NCBI GenBank assembly: GCA_963842085.1
Contig: CAWJET010000001.1
Span: 1,824,001 to 1,888,000 of the forward strand
From: an uncultured delta proteobacterium
GTDB lineage: Bacteria > Desulfobacterota > Binatia > Binatales > Binataceae
DNA length: 64,000 bases
Reading direction: 5' to 3'
Shown here: positions 38,948 through 48,511 of the stretch, one piece after another
Layout of the letters: each line of letters starts with the position of its first letter
Position numbering within the stretch: position 1 is the stretch's first letter
The notes under the pieces: model-generated
Databases searched by the model: none
Told to the model about the DNA's origin: nothing
What the model saw: the letters and a program-made list of their open reading frames with translations, nothing else
Made by a program: the position numbers and the translations under genes

Positions 38948-40174
38948 GTGCCGGCTGGGTTATCCGACTACGTTCCAATCGTGGGCGACGGCGTCGTGGC
39001 GGAACTGCGCCTGCTGGGCGAGCGCTTGGCGGGAAAACGCGTGCTGAATGTCAATTCCACCAAGGTCGGAGGCGGTGTCGCCGAGATTCTGCTGCGACTC
39101 ATACCGTTGCTGCAAGAACTTGCAATCGATGCGCAATGGGAGGTGATCAACGGAACCGAGGATTTTTTCCGTCTGACCAAGAACCTCCACAATGCGCTTC
39201 ATGGCGCGCCGATCAACTTCACTCCCGCCGATCGTCAGATTTTCAACGAGGTAACCGAGATGAACCTCGCTTCGCTCGACCTCGAGGCCGACGTCAAGTT
39301 CATCCACGATCCGCAACCCGTGGGGCTGATCAGAGCGCGCGACGGGCGCGACGGAAACTGGATGTGGCGATGTCATATCGACGTGTCGGCGCCGGCGCCG
39401 GGAGCCTGGGAATTTATCGCACCGTTGGTCGAGCGCTACGATCTATCGGTTTTCTCGGCGCCGCAGTTCGCGCGACCGATACAGATACCGCAGGTCCTGA
39501 TCGCGCCGTCGATCGACCCGCTTTCGGACAAGAATCGCGAGCTTTCGCAATCGGAAGTAGACGCGGTCCTGACGCGGTTCGGAATTCATAGCGACAAGCC
39601 GATTGTATCGCAGATTTCACGCTTCGATCGGTTGAAGGATCCGGTCGGCGTGATCAAGGCATGGCGGATGGTGCGAAGCCGCTTCGATTGCCAGTTGGTC
39701 CTCGCGGGCGGAGCTGCCACCGACGATCCCGAAGGAGTTGCAGTTCTCAACGAAGTGCGGGAGCAGGCCGACGACGATCCCGATGTATTCATTCTCGATC
39801 TTCCACCGACTTCGAACGTGGAGATCAACGCACTTCAACGTGCCTCGGCAGTCGTTCTGCAGAAGTCACTAAAGGAAGGCTTCGGCCTGACCGTTTCGGA
39901 GGCGTTATGGAAGGGACGGCCGGTCATCGCGAGTGCGGTCGGCGGCATACCGCTTCAGATAACTCATAAGTATTCAGGCATCCTGACTCATACGATCGAG
40001 GGCACTGCCTACTGGATCAAACAATTGCTGGGCGCACCGGACTTTGCGCTAAGGCTCGGCGAAAACGGGCACAATTACGTTCGTGAAAACTTCCTGCTAA
40101 CCCGCCATATGCGCGACTACCTGCTGTCGTTCCTGTTCATGGCCAACGGTGAGTCCGACGTAATTCACCTTTGA
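38948..40174 (+). CDS. treT: GT4 glycosyltransferase, trehalose synthase TreT-like
   Basis: VNSTKVGGGVAEIL, IHDPQP, WRCHID, SRFDRLKDP, QKSLKEGFGLTVSEALWK. Confidence 0.88.
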   Translation: MPAGLSDYVPIVGDGVVAELRLLGERLAGKRVLNVNSTKVGGGVAEILLRLIPLLQELAIDAQWEVINGTEDFFRLTKNLHNALHGAPINFTPADRQIFNEVTEMNLASLDLEADVKFIHDPQPVGLIRARDGRDGNWMWRCHIDVSAPAPGAWEFIAPLVERYDLSVFSAPQFARPIQIPQVLIAPSIDPLSDKNRELSQSEVDAVLTRFGIHSDKPIVSQISRFDRLKDPVGVIKAWRMVRSRFDCQLVLAGGAATDDPEGVAVLNEVREQADDDPDVFILDLPPTSNVEINALQRASAVVLQKSLKEGFGLTVSEALWKGRPVIASAVGGIPLQITHKYSGILTHTIEGTAYWIKQLLGAPDFALRLGENGHNYVRENFLLTRHMRDYLLSFLFMANGESDVIHL

Positions 40175-40248
40175 GGAGCTGGGTGCGTCGGTCAATAGAC
40201 CGCCGCATCGTTTGCGATATCCCCAGTTAATCGCTTTGCACAGCTCTC

Positions 40249-40896
40249 CTATAAGGCGATGTGACGAAAGGTCAGGTTCACCCGCGGACCGCATCGACGC
40301 GTCTCCTTCGCGATTCCGTGCTGCCAATAGCGCTGCGTTTCACCTTTCATCAGCAAAAGACTACCCGACGCAAGCCTCAGCCGGACCGGCTTCGCAAGCT
40401 TGTTTGCCTTGTGCTTCAAAACGAAGGTCCGCTCTTCACCTAGGCTCAGCGACGCGATGATGGGCCTTTCGCCCAGCTCCGGTTCATCGTCGCTATGAAA
40501 CCCCATGCTATCTCGATTATCACGGTAATAGTTCAGCAGTACGCTGTTGAAAGATGCCGCCGTCGCAGCCTCGACGTGTCTCCTTATCTCGAGCAAAAGA
40601 TCTGTCCAGGGCAGCGGGGTCAGTCTCAGGCCTGAATAGGTGTAGTAGCTGCCCAAATCTCCATACCAGGCGGCCAAGCGCGGCTGCTGAAACACTTTGC
40701 CCCAAACAAGAATCTTTTCCTGTCGCCAAGGCACGTCAGCGATCAGCGTACGCAAACCTTCATCGTGACCGCGCCCGAGTTCAAGGTCGCTCAAGTAGTA
40801 CACTTCCGCGTCTGCTATAGGAACCTTCTCAAAAAGATTGGTATTCTTAGTCACGATGCGTCGAGTCGCATGCCGCTCAGGCATGAGGGTTGCCAC
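40249..40896 (-). CDS. AlkB-family 2-oxoglutarate/Fe(II) dioxygenase (ALKBH2/3-like)
   Basis: QPRLAAWYG, FNSVLLNYYRD...HSDDE, WQHGI, RVNLTFR. Confidence 0.93.
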   Translation of the reverse strand: MATLMPERHATRRIVTKNTNLFEKVPIADAEVYYLSDLELGRGHDEGLRTLIADVPWRQEKILVWGKVFQQPRLAAWYGDLGSYYTYSGLRLTPLPWTDLLLEIRRHVEAATAASFNSVLLNYYRDNRDSMGFHSDDEPELGERPIIASLSLGEERTFVLKHKANKLAKPVRLRLASGSLLLMKGETQRYWQHGIAKETRRCGPRVNLTFRHIAL

Positions 40897-40913
40897 GATG
40901 AGATCGATCCCTG

Positions 40914-42104
40914 TCAGATGCCGATCGCATCGCGCAATGCCTTGGTCCAGCCGATCCAGCGGGGGTCGGGACCGCTAATGCCATCCCATACCATGTTGTT
41001 GCATACATAGGCCACTGCGGTGCCGGATTCCGGATGCGCGAACGCCATGCGGCCGCCCGCGCCTCCATGACCGAAAGAGCCCGCGCCCAGCATCGGCTCG
41101 ATCGCGCGCGGCAACTCGAAACCGAGGCCAAATCTTTGCGGTCCCGGCCCGGCCAGCGGCGTCAACGAAGCGGGCGCTCCAAGCCCCTCGTTCTGCGATT
41201 CGCGCGCACGCTCAATCGTCTCAGGCGTCAGTAGCCGGATGCCATCGATCTCGCCGATGCACGCGGCGTACATCTTTGCCAGCGCGCGCGCATTCGCGAT
41301 GCCGTTGCCGAACGGCAGCTCGGCGGCGTGAGCTTCGCGCGTGTTGATCAGATTGAGACCCTCGGCGATGGTTGTGGCCATGTTGAACGCGGCGCGCACC
41401 GGGCGTGAGTTCATATCGAGTCCCAGGCTGGAGAACAGCGCGCGGCATTGCTCCTCGCTTAGCTGCGCCGCCGGAACGATGTGCGGCGCGACGCGATACT
41501 CCTGTTCGGACGGGAGCCCAATCCACAGGTCGAGCTTGAGCGGACCGGCGACTTCCGCATCGACAAACTCGCCGACGGTCTTTCCGGAGACCGTTCGTAC
41601 GACCTCGCCGGCCAGGTAGCCAAAAGTCAAAGCGTGATAGAAGTAAGCCGAGCCCGGTTTCCACCATGGCTCCATGTTCGCGAGCGCCGCGGTGCAGCGT
41701 TTCCAGTCGAAGAGAGTGCGGCCGGATATTCCGGTTTCCTCGTCGAAGCCCATAAGGCCCGCTCGATGTGCCAGGATGTCGCGAATCGTGATTGCCGCCT
41801 TTCCTTTCGCCGCGAACTCCGGCCAATAGCGTGCAACGGGCGCGTCGTAGTCGATCAGCCCGCGCTCGGCCAGCAGGTGCACGCAAACGGCGGTGACCGC
41901 CTTGGTGCACGACATCAAGATCGTGATCGTATCCGCGGTATACGGACGGCGATTGAGCTTATCCATTCCCGCCCACAGATCGACAACTCTCCTGCCGTGC
42001 CGATACACGCATAACTGGGCGCCGCCTTCGTCGTGGGACTGGCCCTCGGCGAATGCGTCGCGCACGGCATCGAACCCCGGTTCCACCGTTCCTTCAACAG
42101 GCAT
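40914..42104 (-). CDS. Serine hydrolase, beta-lactamase/esterase family VIII
   Basis: MPVEGTVEPGFDAVRDAF, SxxK (SCTK), YHALTFG, FGHGGAGG. Start placed at ATG 42104. Confidence 0.92.
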   Translation of the reverse strand: MPVEGTVEPGFDAVRDAFAEGQSHDEGGAQLCVYRHGRRVVDLWAGMDKLNRRPYTADTITILMSCTKAVTAVCVHLLAERGLIDYDAPVARYWPEFAAKGKAAITIRDILAHRAGLMGFDEETGISGRTLFDWKRCTAALANMEPWWKPGSAYFYHALTFGYLAGEVVRTVSGKTVGEFVDAEVAGPLKLDLWIGLPSEQEYRVAPHIVPAAQLSEEQCRALFSSLGLDMNSRPVRAAFNMATTIAEGLNLINTREAHAAELPFGNGIANARALAKMYAACIGEIDGIRLLTPETIERARESQNEGLGAPASLTPLAGPGPQRFGLGFELPRAIEPMLGAGSFGHGGAGGRMAFAHPESGTAVAYVCNNMVWDGISGPDPRWIGWTKALRDAIGI

Positions 42105-42206
42105 ATTCGGCACCTCGCATTGATTCTTCTCCAGCCTATGCCAATTAGCCGGATCGCACAGAAAGGTGTAGCTGAATTTGCGAGCAAGTGTTAATTCGCT
42201 AGGCCA

Positions 42207-42663
42207 ATGGCCCGGCGAAGTTGCGCGACCTCTTCCAAGGCGATTGGCGTTGGCGGGAACCTCAACTATCAGGTGGCGGGATTCAGCCGCTACTACGAGC
42301 TGAAGTTCAATCCGGATCCGATCTGCGATCTCATATACAACGGCGTCGCGGCAAGGATTCTCCACACAGGCTTCGTCAACGGAGTGCAGGGAGACACCAG
42401 CTACCGGTTCGATTCGCGTCACACGCTGCGCGGGATTCTACCTGAGTGGCGAGGCGATTGAGCTAGACGATCATGCGGAGACGTTTCCCGCGATGGACGG
42501 AGTGCAGACCGGCGCCACGCCGATCATCAATGTCTTCGATCACGCGTATCAGATTCGCAATGGCAGCGGGATTGGCGTGTTTTCGCCGTCGTATGGCGCG
42601 CGCCGCGCTTTGTACGCGGGAATAAAAATTCCGCTGGCGCCACTGGTCAAAGGATCGCCCTGA
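42207..42663 (+). pseudogene. Probable remnant of a TonB-dependent outer-membrane receptor (frameshifted, internally deleted)
   Basis: Beta-strand-like segments NYQVAGFSRYYELKFNPDP.DLIYNGVA...DTSYRF..HTLR, a frameshift near 42432, then GFYLSGE..., then a TBDR-like C-terminus INVFDHAYQIRNGSGIGVFSPSYGARRALYAGIKIPL. Family recognised from memory, not by search. Confidence 0.6.
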
Positions 42664-42733
42664 CGTTTATGCACGTTGCCTCCGGTGAATACCATGGTGT
42701 ACAAATTCCTGGGGGATTCGGAGGAGTTCAAAT

Positions 42734-42883
42734 ATGAGTGACTGGAAAAAGCCTGAGTTCGTCGAGATCCGGATGGACGCGGAAATCAACTGCTACAGTT
42801 CGGCCCTCACTGACGATCCCAGGGTGCGAGTCCTGAAGCAGCCGTTGAGTCGCGACAACTCGGAAACCAGCCAGGAATCGTAA
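42734..42883 (+). CDS. pqqA: PQQ precursor peptide (49 aa, C-terminally extended)
   Basis: GGAGGAG RBS; MSDWKKPEFVEIRMDAEINCYSSALTDDPRVRVLKQPLSRDNSETSQES, with W-x-x-P and E-x-x-x-Y motifs; ends 12 nt before pqqB. Confidence 0.93.
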   Translation: MSDWKKPEFVEIRMDAEINCYSSALTDDPRVRVLKQPLSRDNSETSQES

Positions 42884-42895
42884 GACCCGGCCGTC

Positions 42896-43795
42896 GTGCG
42901 GGTCCATATCCTTGGTTCCGCTGCCGGTGGCGGCTTCCCCCAGTGGAACTGCAATTGCGTCAACTGCCGGGGGTTCAGGACCGGGTCGCTTCGCGCGAAA
43001 GCACGGACGCAATGCTCGGTAGCGGTTAGCGCGGACGGCTCGCGATGGGCGATTCTCAACGCGAGCCCCGACCTTCGAGCGCAAATATTCTTATTCCCCG
43101 ACCTGCTGCCAAATAGCCTCGTGAGAGGTTCATCGATCGACGCGGTTCTGCTCTCCGACGCCGAACTCGATCACATCGTCGGACTTCTTTCGCTGCGAGA
43201 GGCACAACCGATTCGGCTCTATTGCACGTCGCAGGTTTTCGATTGGGTGTTTGGGTCGAATCCCATTTTTGGCGCGTTGAATTCGCCGGAGAAATTTCGC
43301 TGGAGTAAGGTGCAAGATCGCAAAGTCGAGACGATCGGATGCGGTCTCGGCTTCGAGCCATTTTTCGTCAGCGGCAAGGTGCCGAGCTACGTGAAAGCGC
43401 CGCCGGTCAATTACGACGGGGCTACGGTCGCCTACAAGCTCATCGACGTCCGCGCCGGCTCCTCTATCCTCTATGTTCCGGCGATCAAAGAAATCGACGG
43501 CCGGTTTGTCGCAGCCGCCGCAGAGTGCGACTGTCTTCTGTTCGACGGCAGCTTCTGGTCCGAGAATGAAATGGAGCTCCGCGGCGCCGGGATGCGGACC
43601 GCGTCCGCGATGGGCCATGTCTCCATCTCGGGGCCGCGCGGCAGCCTGGCGCAGCTCCGCGATCTCTCGATTAGAAAAATCTATACTCACATCAACAACA
43701 CAAATCCCATTCTCGATGAAACCTCGGCCGAGCGCCGCGAGGTCGAAAAAGCGGGATGGGAAGTCGCCGAAGACGGCATGGATTTTAGGGTGTGA
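42896..43795 (+). CDS. pqqB: PQQ biosynthesis protein B
   Basis: LGSAAGGGFPQWNCNC, NASPDL, MGH, THINNTNP. Confidence 0.97.
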   Translation: MRVHILGSAAGGGFPQWNCNCVNCRGFRTGSLRAKARTQCSVAVSADGSRWAILNASPDLRAQIFLFPDLLPNSLVRGSSIDAVLLSDAELDHIVGLLSLREAQPIRLYCTSQVFDWVFGSNPIFGALNSPEKFRWSKVQDRKVETIGCGLGFEPFFVSGKVPSYVKAPPVNYDGATVAYKLIDVRAGSSILYVPAIKEIDGRFVAAAAECDCLLFDGSFWSENEMELRGAGMRTASAMGHVSISGPRGSLAQLRDLSIRKIYTHINNTNPILDETSAERREVEKAGWEVAEDGMDFRV

Positions 43796-43813
43796 CTTCG
43801 GGCTTGAACGATA

Positions 43814-44554
43814 ATGACAGAAAGCAGAGCTGACTCGCCTGAAAAATTTGTCGCGCGCCTGCGGGCGATTGGTGCTGCGGCCTATCACGACAAGCATCCC
43901 TTTCACCTGCTGATGCATCAGGGCAAACTCACCAGGCGGCAACTGCAGGCGTGGATCGAAAATCGTTTCTATTATCAGTGGACGATTCCGAAAAAGGATG
44001 CGCTCATCCTGGCCAAGGCCGACGACCCGGAATTTCGCCGCGCATGGATCACGCGGATCATCGACCACGACGGGACGCGCGACACCGAGGGCGGCATCCG
44101 CAAGTGGTACAAGCTGTCGGAGGCCGCGGGGCTCGACGCCGCCGATGTCGCGAGCCTGCGCTACGTGCTGCCGGGCGTGCGGTTTGCGGTCGACGCCTAC
44201 CTGCATCTGTGCGCGTCGCGCCCGCTGACCGAGGCGGTCGCCTCGTCGCTGACGGAACTATTCGCGCCAACTTTGATGGCCGATCGTATTGCGGTTCTCG
44301 AAAAACTCTACCCGTGGCTCGACAGCCGCGGCCTGGAATATTTTCGCGGACGCCTGGTGCAGGCGCCGCGCGACTCGGAGTTCGGCTTGCGCTATGTCGT
44401 CGCGCATTGCACCACGCGCGAGTCGCAGGATCGCGCGGCTGACGCGCTCACGCTCAAGTGTCACATACTGTGGGGCCTGCTCGACGCGATTCACTACGCG
44501 TACGTTTCACCCGGCTATTTGCCGCCGCTATGGCACGATACGCGGAAACTCTGA
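43814..44554 (+). CDS. pqqC: PQQ synthase
   Basis: YHDKHPFH, NRFYYQ...IPKKDA, RIIDHDG, SSLTELFAP. Confidence 0.97.
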   Translation: MTESRADSPEKFVARLRAIGAAAYHDKHPFHLLMHQGKLTRRQLQAWIENRFYYQWTIPKKDALILAKADDPEFRRAWITRIIDHDGTRDTEGGIRKWYKLSEAAGLDAADVASLRYVLPGVRFAVDAYLHLCASRPLTEAVASSLTELFAPTLMADRIAVLEKLYPWLDSRGLEYFRGRLVQAPRDSEFGLRYVVAHCTTRESQDRAADALTLKCHILWGLLDAIHYAYVSPGYLPPLWHDTRKL

Positions 44555-44829
44555 TGGGCTCCGACGACGCATGGCGGCCGCGGCTGGCGGCGCGCGCGCG
44601 GCTCAAGTTCGACCCGATCGCGAACCGGGAAATGCTCCTGTTCCCGGAGGCTGCGTTGGCTCTCAACGAAACGGGCGCCGCGATCGTGCGGCTATGCGAC
44701 GGCGCGCGCTTGATAAGTGAAATCGTCGAACAACTGTCGCAAAAGTATCGCGACGCAGACCGCGACGCGCTGACGCGCGAGGTCGTCGAGTTCCTCGCCA
44801 CGATTCGCGCGCGCGGGTTGCTCCAATGA
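44554..44829 (+). CDS. pqqD: PqqA-binding chaperone (RRE domain)
   Basis: RPRLA...LLFPE...LNETGAAIVRLCDG; TGATG coupling with pqqC. Confidence 0.95.
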   Translation: MGSDDAWRPRLAARARLKFDPIANREMLLFPEAALALNETGAAIVRLCDGARLISEIVEQLSQKYRDADRDALTREVVEFLATIRARGLLQ

Positions 44830-45926
44830 GCGCGGCGCCGCGCCCATACACGCTCGTCGCCGAGCTAACCTATCGATGTCCGCTGCGATGCCTGTACTGT
44901 TCCAACCCCGTCGATTTCCACCGCTCGCGCCGCGAACTCTCGACCGACGAGTGGCGGCGGGTTTTTTCGGCGGCTGCGGAACTGGGTGTCATGCAGTTGC
45001 ATCTCTCGGGCGGCGAGCCCGTTCTTCGCGGCGATCTCGTCGAACTGATTCAGCATGCGCGAGCCTGTGACCTCTACACCAACCTGATAACCGGCGGCAC
45101 GCTGCTCGACGAGGACAAGCTGCGGCAGCTTCGCGCGGCGGGCCTCGACCATATTCAACTGAGCATCCAGGGCGCGGCGCGCGAAAGCGCCGAGAAGATC
45201 GCCGGCGTCCGCTCGCATCGAAAAAAGCTCGAGGTCGCGCGGCTCATCGGCAAAACCGGCTTTCCGCTTACCCTCAACGTGGTGCTCCATCAGATGAACA
45301 TCGCCGAGGTGCCCGAGCTCATCGCGCTCGCATTGGAGCTCGGCGCGGATCGGCTCGAGCTGGCCAATACCCAGTTCTACGCGTGGGCGGCCGAGAATCG
45401 GCGCGCCTTGATGCCGACTCGCGAAGATTACGATCGCGCCGAGGAAATCGCGCGCGCGGCGATCGCGCAGTATCGTGGCACGCTCGAAATCGCGTTCGTG
45501 CAGAACGACTATCTCTCGGGCGAGCCCAAACCCTGCATGGGCGGATGGGGCCGCAGCTACATGTGCATCAATCCGGCCGGCGAAGTGATGCCGTGCCACG
45601 CCGCCTCGGTGATCCCAGGCATGCACTTCGACTCGGTACGCGACAGCGCGCTTCGAGAAATCTGGCGCGACTCACCCGCGATGAATGCGTTTCGCGGCGA
45701 CGACTGGATGATGGAACCGTGCCGCAGTTGCGCCAGGAAGGAAATCGATTTCGGCGGATGCCGATGTCAAGCCTTCATGCTGACCGGAAATGCCGCCGAG
45801 GCCGATCCGATCTGCCGCCTGTCACCGCATCGCGCGGTAGTCGCGTCGATGCGAAACGATTCCGCCGCGGACGTCGCGCTGATCTATCGTGACGCAAAGA
45901 CCAGCCGGGAGATCGAACGAAGATAG
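44826..45926 (+). CDS. pqqE: PqqA peptide cyclase (radical SAM/SPASM)
   Basis: AELTYRCPLRCLYCSNP, PKPCMGGWG, DFGGCRCQA. Confidence 0.97.
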   Translation: MSAAPRPYTLVAELTYRCPLRCLYCSNPVDFHRSRRELSTDEWRRVFSAAAELGVMQLHLSGGEPVLRGDLVELIQHARACDLYTNLITGGTLLDEDKLRQLRAAGLDHIQLSIQGAARESAEKIAGVRSHRKKLEVARLIGKTGFPLTLNVVLHQMNIAEVPELIALALELGADRLELANTQFYAWAAENRRALMPTREDYDRAEEIARAAIAQYRGTLEIAFVQNDYLSGEPKPCMGGWGRSYMCINPAGEVMPCHAASVIPGMHFDSVRDSALREIWRDSPAMNAFRGDDWMMEPCRSCARKEIDFGGCRCQAFMLTGNAAEADPICRLSPHRAVVASMRNDSAADVALIYRDAKTSREIERR

Positions 45927-46333
45927 ACGAACAGCGCGCCCGAGAGCAACACGGCGTCCAGCGCAAGCTCCACCCACATTCGCGGCCGCGACGGAGCGCC
46001 GAGGCCGAAGCATCCGCAGTCGAGCGTGAGGCCTCGAAGCAGCGCGGACGACAAGGCCGCTAAGAACATCACGGAGATGACCGCAACCGCGAGCGCTCCG
46101 ATGCGTCTGGTCGGTGGGGCGAACAGCAAGAGGCCGCATGCGATCTCGAATGGCGGCAGACCCAGCGCCAGCAGGTTGATGAGCACCGCGGGCAGGATCG
46201 CGAACGCCGCGATGCTGTCCGCGAACTGCAGCGGGTCGCGGATCTTGTCGACACCCGCGTAAATGAAGACGGCAGCCACGGCGATGCTGACCGCGAGCAC
46301 CGCGTAGCGGCGCGAATTGTCGGAGGACATCAT
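45884..46333 (-). CDS. MauE/DoxX family membrane protein
   Basis: FIYAGVDKIRDP..FA, RGLTLDCGCFG; about four TM helices. Confidence 0.9.
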   Translation of the reverse strand: MMSSDNSRRYAVLAVSIAVAAVFIYAGVDKIRDPLQFADSIAAFAILPAVLINLLALGLPPFEIACGLLLFAPPTRRIGALAVAVISVMFLAALSSALLRGLTLDCGCFGLGAPSRPRMWVELALDAVLLSGALFVYLRSISRLVFASR

Positions 46334-46923
46334 CGTCCGCTCCCTGTGGATGCCGGCAGCCTGGCCGCCGACCACGCATCCCAGCCGCCAGTGAAGACGC
46401 TGACGTTGCTGAAGCCGAGACTCAGCAACGCGTTCGCCACGAGGCGGCTGTCATGACAGTCGCCGCCGGAGCAGTACACAATGATCGGCTTGTCATGGGC
46501 GGCCTGCAACACGCCGGCCAGGCGCCGATAGTCTTGCGCGAAATCGTCTCGCGCGAGGTTCAACGCGCCCGGCACGTGTCCATTTTCGAAGAACACCGAC
46601 GGCCGGGCATCAAGGATGAGTGCGCTCTTGCGGTCGACGGCTGAACGGAATTCATCAAGTGTGACAGTTGCCGCGGGCGCGATCTTGAAAGGCGGCGCCG
46701 CGACCAGAGTCGTCAGCTCGGCATCGAAGCGCTGTTCAGGCGTTTGGTAGACCATAGGAAGTGGCGCGGCCGAAAAACGGTTCATCGCGAGCCCGGTGGC
46801 CAAAGCCGCTATAGCGAGCAGGGCGACGCTAACGAGGTCGCGCAGAATCTGCGATCTGAGACTCCTCGCTGGAGGCAGGTGCGACGGCTTGTTGGTGACA
46901 ATCGATGACACTGCTGAAGTCAT
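46330..46923 (-). CDS. Membrane-anchored rhodanese-like domain protein
   Basis: TM helix, LDARP..F..GHVPGALNL, IIVYCSGGDCHDS, GGWDAW. Confidence 0.9.
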   Translation of the reverse strand: MTSAVSSIVTNKPSHLPPARSLRSQILRDLVSVALLAIAALATGLAMNRFSAAPLPMVYQTPEQRFDAELTTLVAAPPFKIAPAATVTLDEFRSAVDRKSALILDARPSVFFENGHVPGALNLARDDFAQDYRRLAGVLQAAHDKPIIVYCSGGDCHDSRLVANALLSLGFSNVSVFTGGWDAWSAARLPASTGSGR

Positions 46924-46987
46924 ATCAGCCGATCGGCGCTCCTGAGCGTGCCTGTCAGATCGCGTTGCCATTACGCTCGAACCTGAA

Positions 46988-48400
46988 CTAGCGCCAGGCC
47001 GGGGGATCGCTGCCCAGCGGCGCAGGCGAGAGATCCCATCGAGGCGGCGTTTCCGACATCCGCGCGATCGGCCCCAGCCGCGACAGTCGGCCCCAAGCGC
47101 TATCCATCTCAATCATCCAGGGAGCAATCGACGCCGAGTCGAATCCTCCGGGCTTGGCATCGGGCGCGGTGCGCGGCAACGACATGATCCACATCGATGT
47201 GCGCGCGAGCGACACGCGAACGTGCCAGGTCCCGCCTTCGGTTGTGCGTCGCGCGAGCGCACACATCACGCCCAGCGCGCCAAGATAGCCCGTCGTGTAG
47301 TCGTTGATCGCGGCGGGTACGAGCGCGGGATGCTCGTCGCCGGCTTGCTCGTGCGCCATGCCGGTGACGGTTTGCGCGAGTTGTTCCCATCCGGGGCGGC
47401 CCGCAAACGGGCCTTCATGTCCGTAGCAGTCGATCGACACGACGATGATGCCGGGGCGCACCCGCGCCAATTCTTCCGGCGCAAAGCCGCGCCGCGCGAG
47501 AGCGCCGGGCCGGTACCCTTGCGAGAACACGTGCGCATCGCGGACCAGCGCGCGCAGTTGCTCGACGTCTTCTTTGTGGTCGAGGTCGAGATAGCACGAA
47601 CGCTTGCCGGGATTCGTGTCGATGACGAAGGGCTCGATTGACGGCAGTTTGGGACTTCGCACGTGCAGCACGTCGGCGCCGTGCTCCGCCAGGGTCCGCG
47701 CGCAGGTCGGTCCAGCCAGCACGCGCGTAAGGTCGAGAACGCGCACACCCCAGAGCGGCCGTGCACCGCGCTCATCGGCGCGAGGTCCGGGCAGCAGCTC
47801 AGGAGGTGCGTCGCCGAGGCGAAGGATCTCGACGACGGGCACCCGCGCAAGCGCGATCCCTTGCGGATGAACGCGCCACTCGTCGGCGCTGCGGAGCTTC
47901 GCGCCGCATACGCCGCGCTCTGCGAGCGTATCTTCGAGCACTTGCGCATCCCACGTCGCGACCGCCTTGGCGAGCGCGCTCGCGTCATCGTCGCATCGCA
48001 AAAGTGCAAGCGTGCCTTCGCGCGAACGGAATCCGCCATGCAGATGAACCCATCGCCCGCCACGGGCTTGATAGAGCGCGGTCGTCGGCTGCGCTCGCCG
48101 CTCGAACGAGGCGCCTTGATACCTCAAGTATGCGAACGACACGAGCGACGCGGCAGCGGCGCGCACGTCCACTTCGATCCGCTGCGGACGGCCGCCGCGC
48201 GTGCACCACAAGTCGGCGGCGGCGGTCGCATTCGCGGCAAGAACCGCGGCGGCAGCCTCGCCGGCGCGAAATCGCGTTGCGATTACCGGATCGCTTCCGG
48301 TGATGTGAAGCGCGTGCCGATTCGAAGTATCCGCGCATCCGAGCGAAGCAAGCAGATCGCGGATCCACCCCACCGGTTCCATCGCTGAAGAGGTCGCCAC
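46988..48400 (-). CDS. Class III CoA-transferase (CaiB/BaiF, extended N-terminus)
   Basis: PLWGVRVLDLTRVLAGP...GADVL, GKRSCYLDL, INDYTTG. Confidence 0.9.
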   Translation of the reverse strand: MATSSAMEPVGWIRDLLASLGCADTSNRHALHITGSDPVIATRFRAGEAAAAVLAANATAAADLWCTRGGRPQRIEVDVRAAAASLVSFAYLRYQGASFERRAQPTTALYQARGGRWVHLHGGFRSREGTLALLRCDDDASALAKAVATWDAQVLEDTLAERGVCGAKLRSADEWRVHPQGIALARVPVVEILRLGDAPPELLPGPRADERGARPLWGVRVLDLTRVLAGPTCARTLAEHGADVLHVRSPKLPSIEPFVIDTNPGKRSCYLDLDHKEDVEQLRALVRDAHVFSQGYRPGALARRGFAPEELARVRPGIIVVSIDCYGHEGPFAGRPGWEQLAQTVTGMAHEQAGDEHPALVPAAINDYTTGYLGALGVMCALARRTTEGGTWHVRVSLARTSMWIMSLPRTAPDAKPGGFDSASIAPWMIEMDSAWGRLSRLGPIARMSETPPRWDLSPAPLGSDPPAWR

Positions 48401-48511
48401 GCGCCGAAGTTAGCACTCGAACAAATCGATCGGGAAACGCTCGATCACAGTGACTTGAGAAGTTTGCCGATCGCTGTGAGACCTGCTTGAATCGGCTTCG
48501 AGGACGGCACC

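Noticed and set aside
42105-42422. N-terminal extension of the serine hydrolase ORF
   Set aside because: The family N-terminus starts at MPVEGTV (42104) after a GAGG RBS; the extension is antisense to the TonB remnant.
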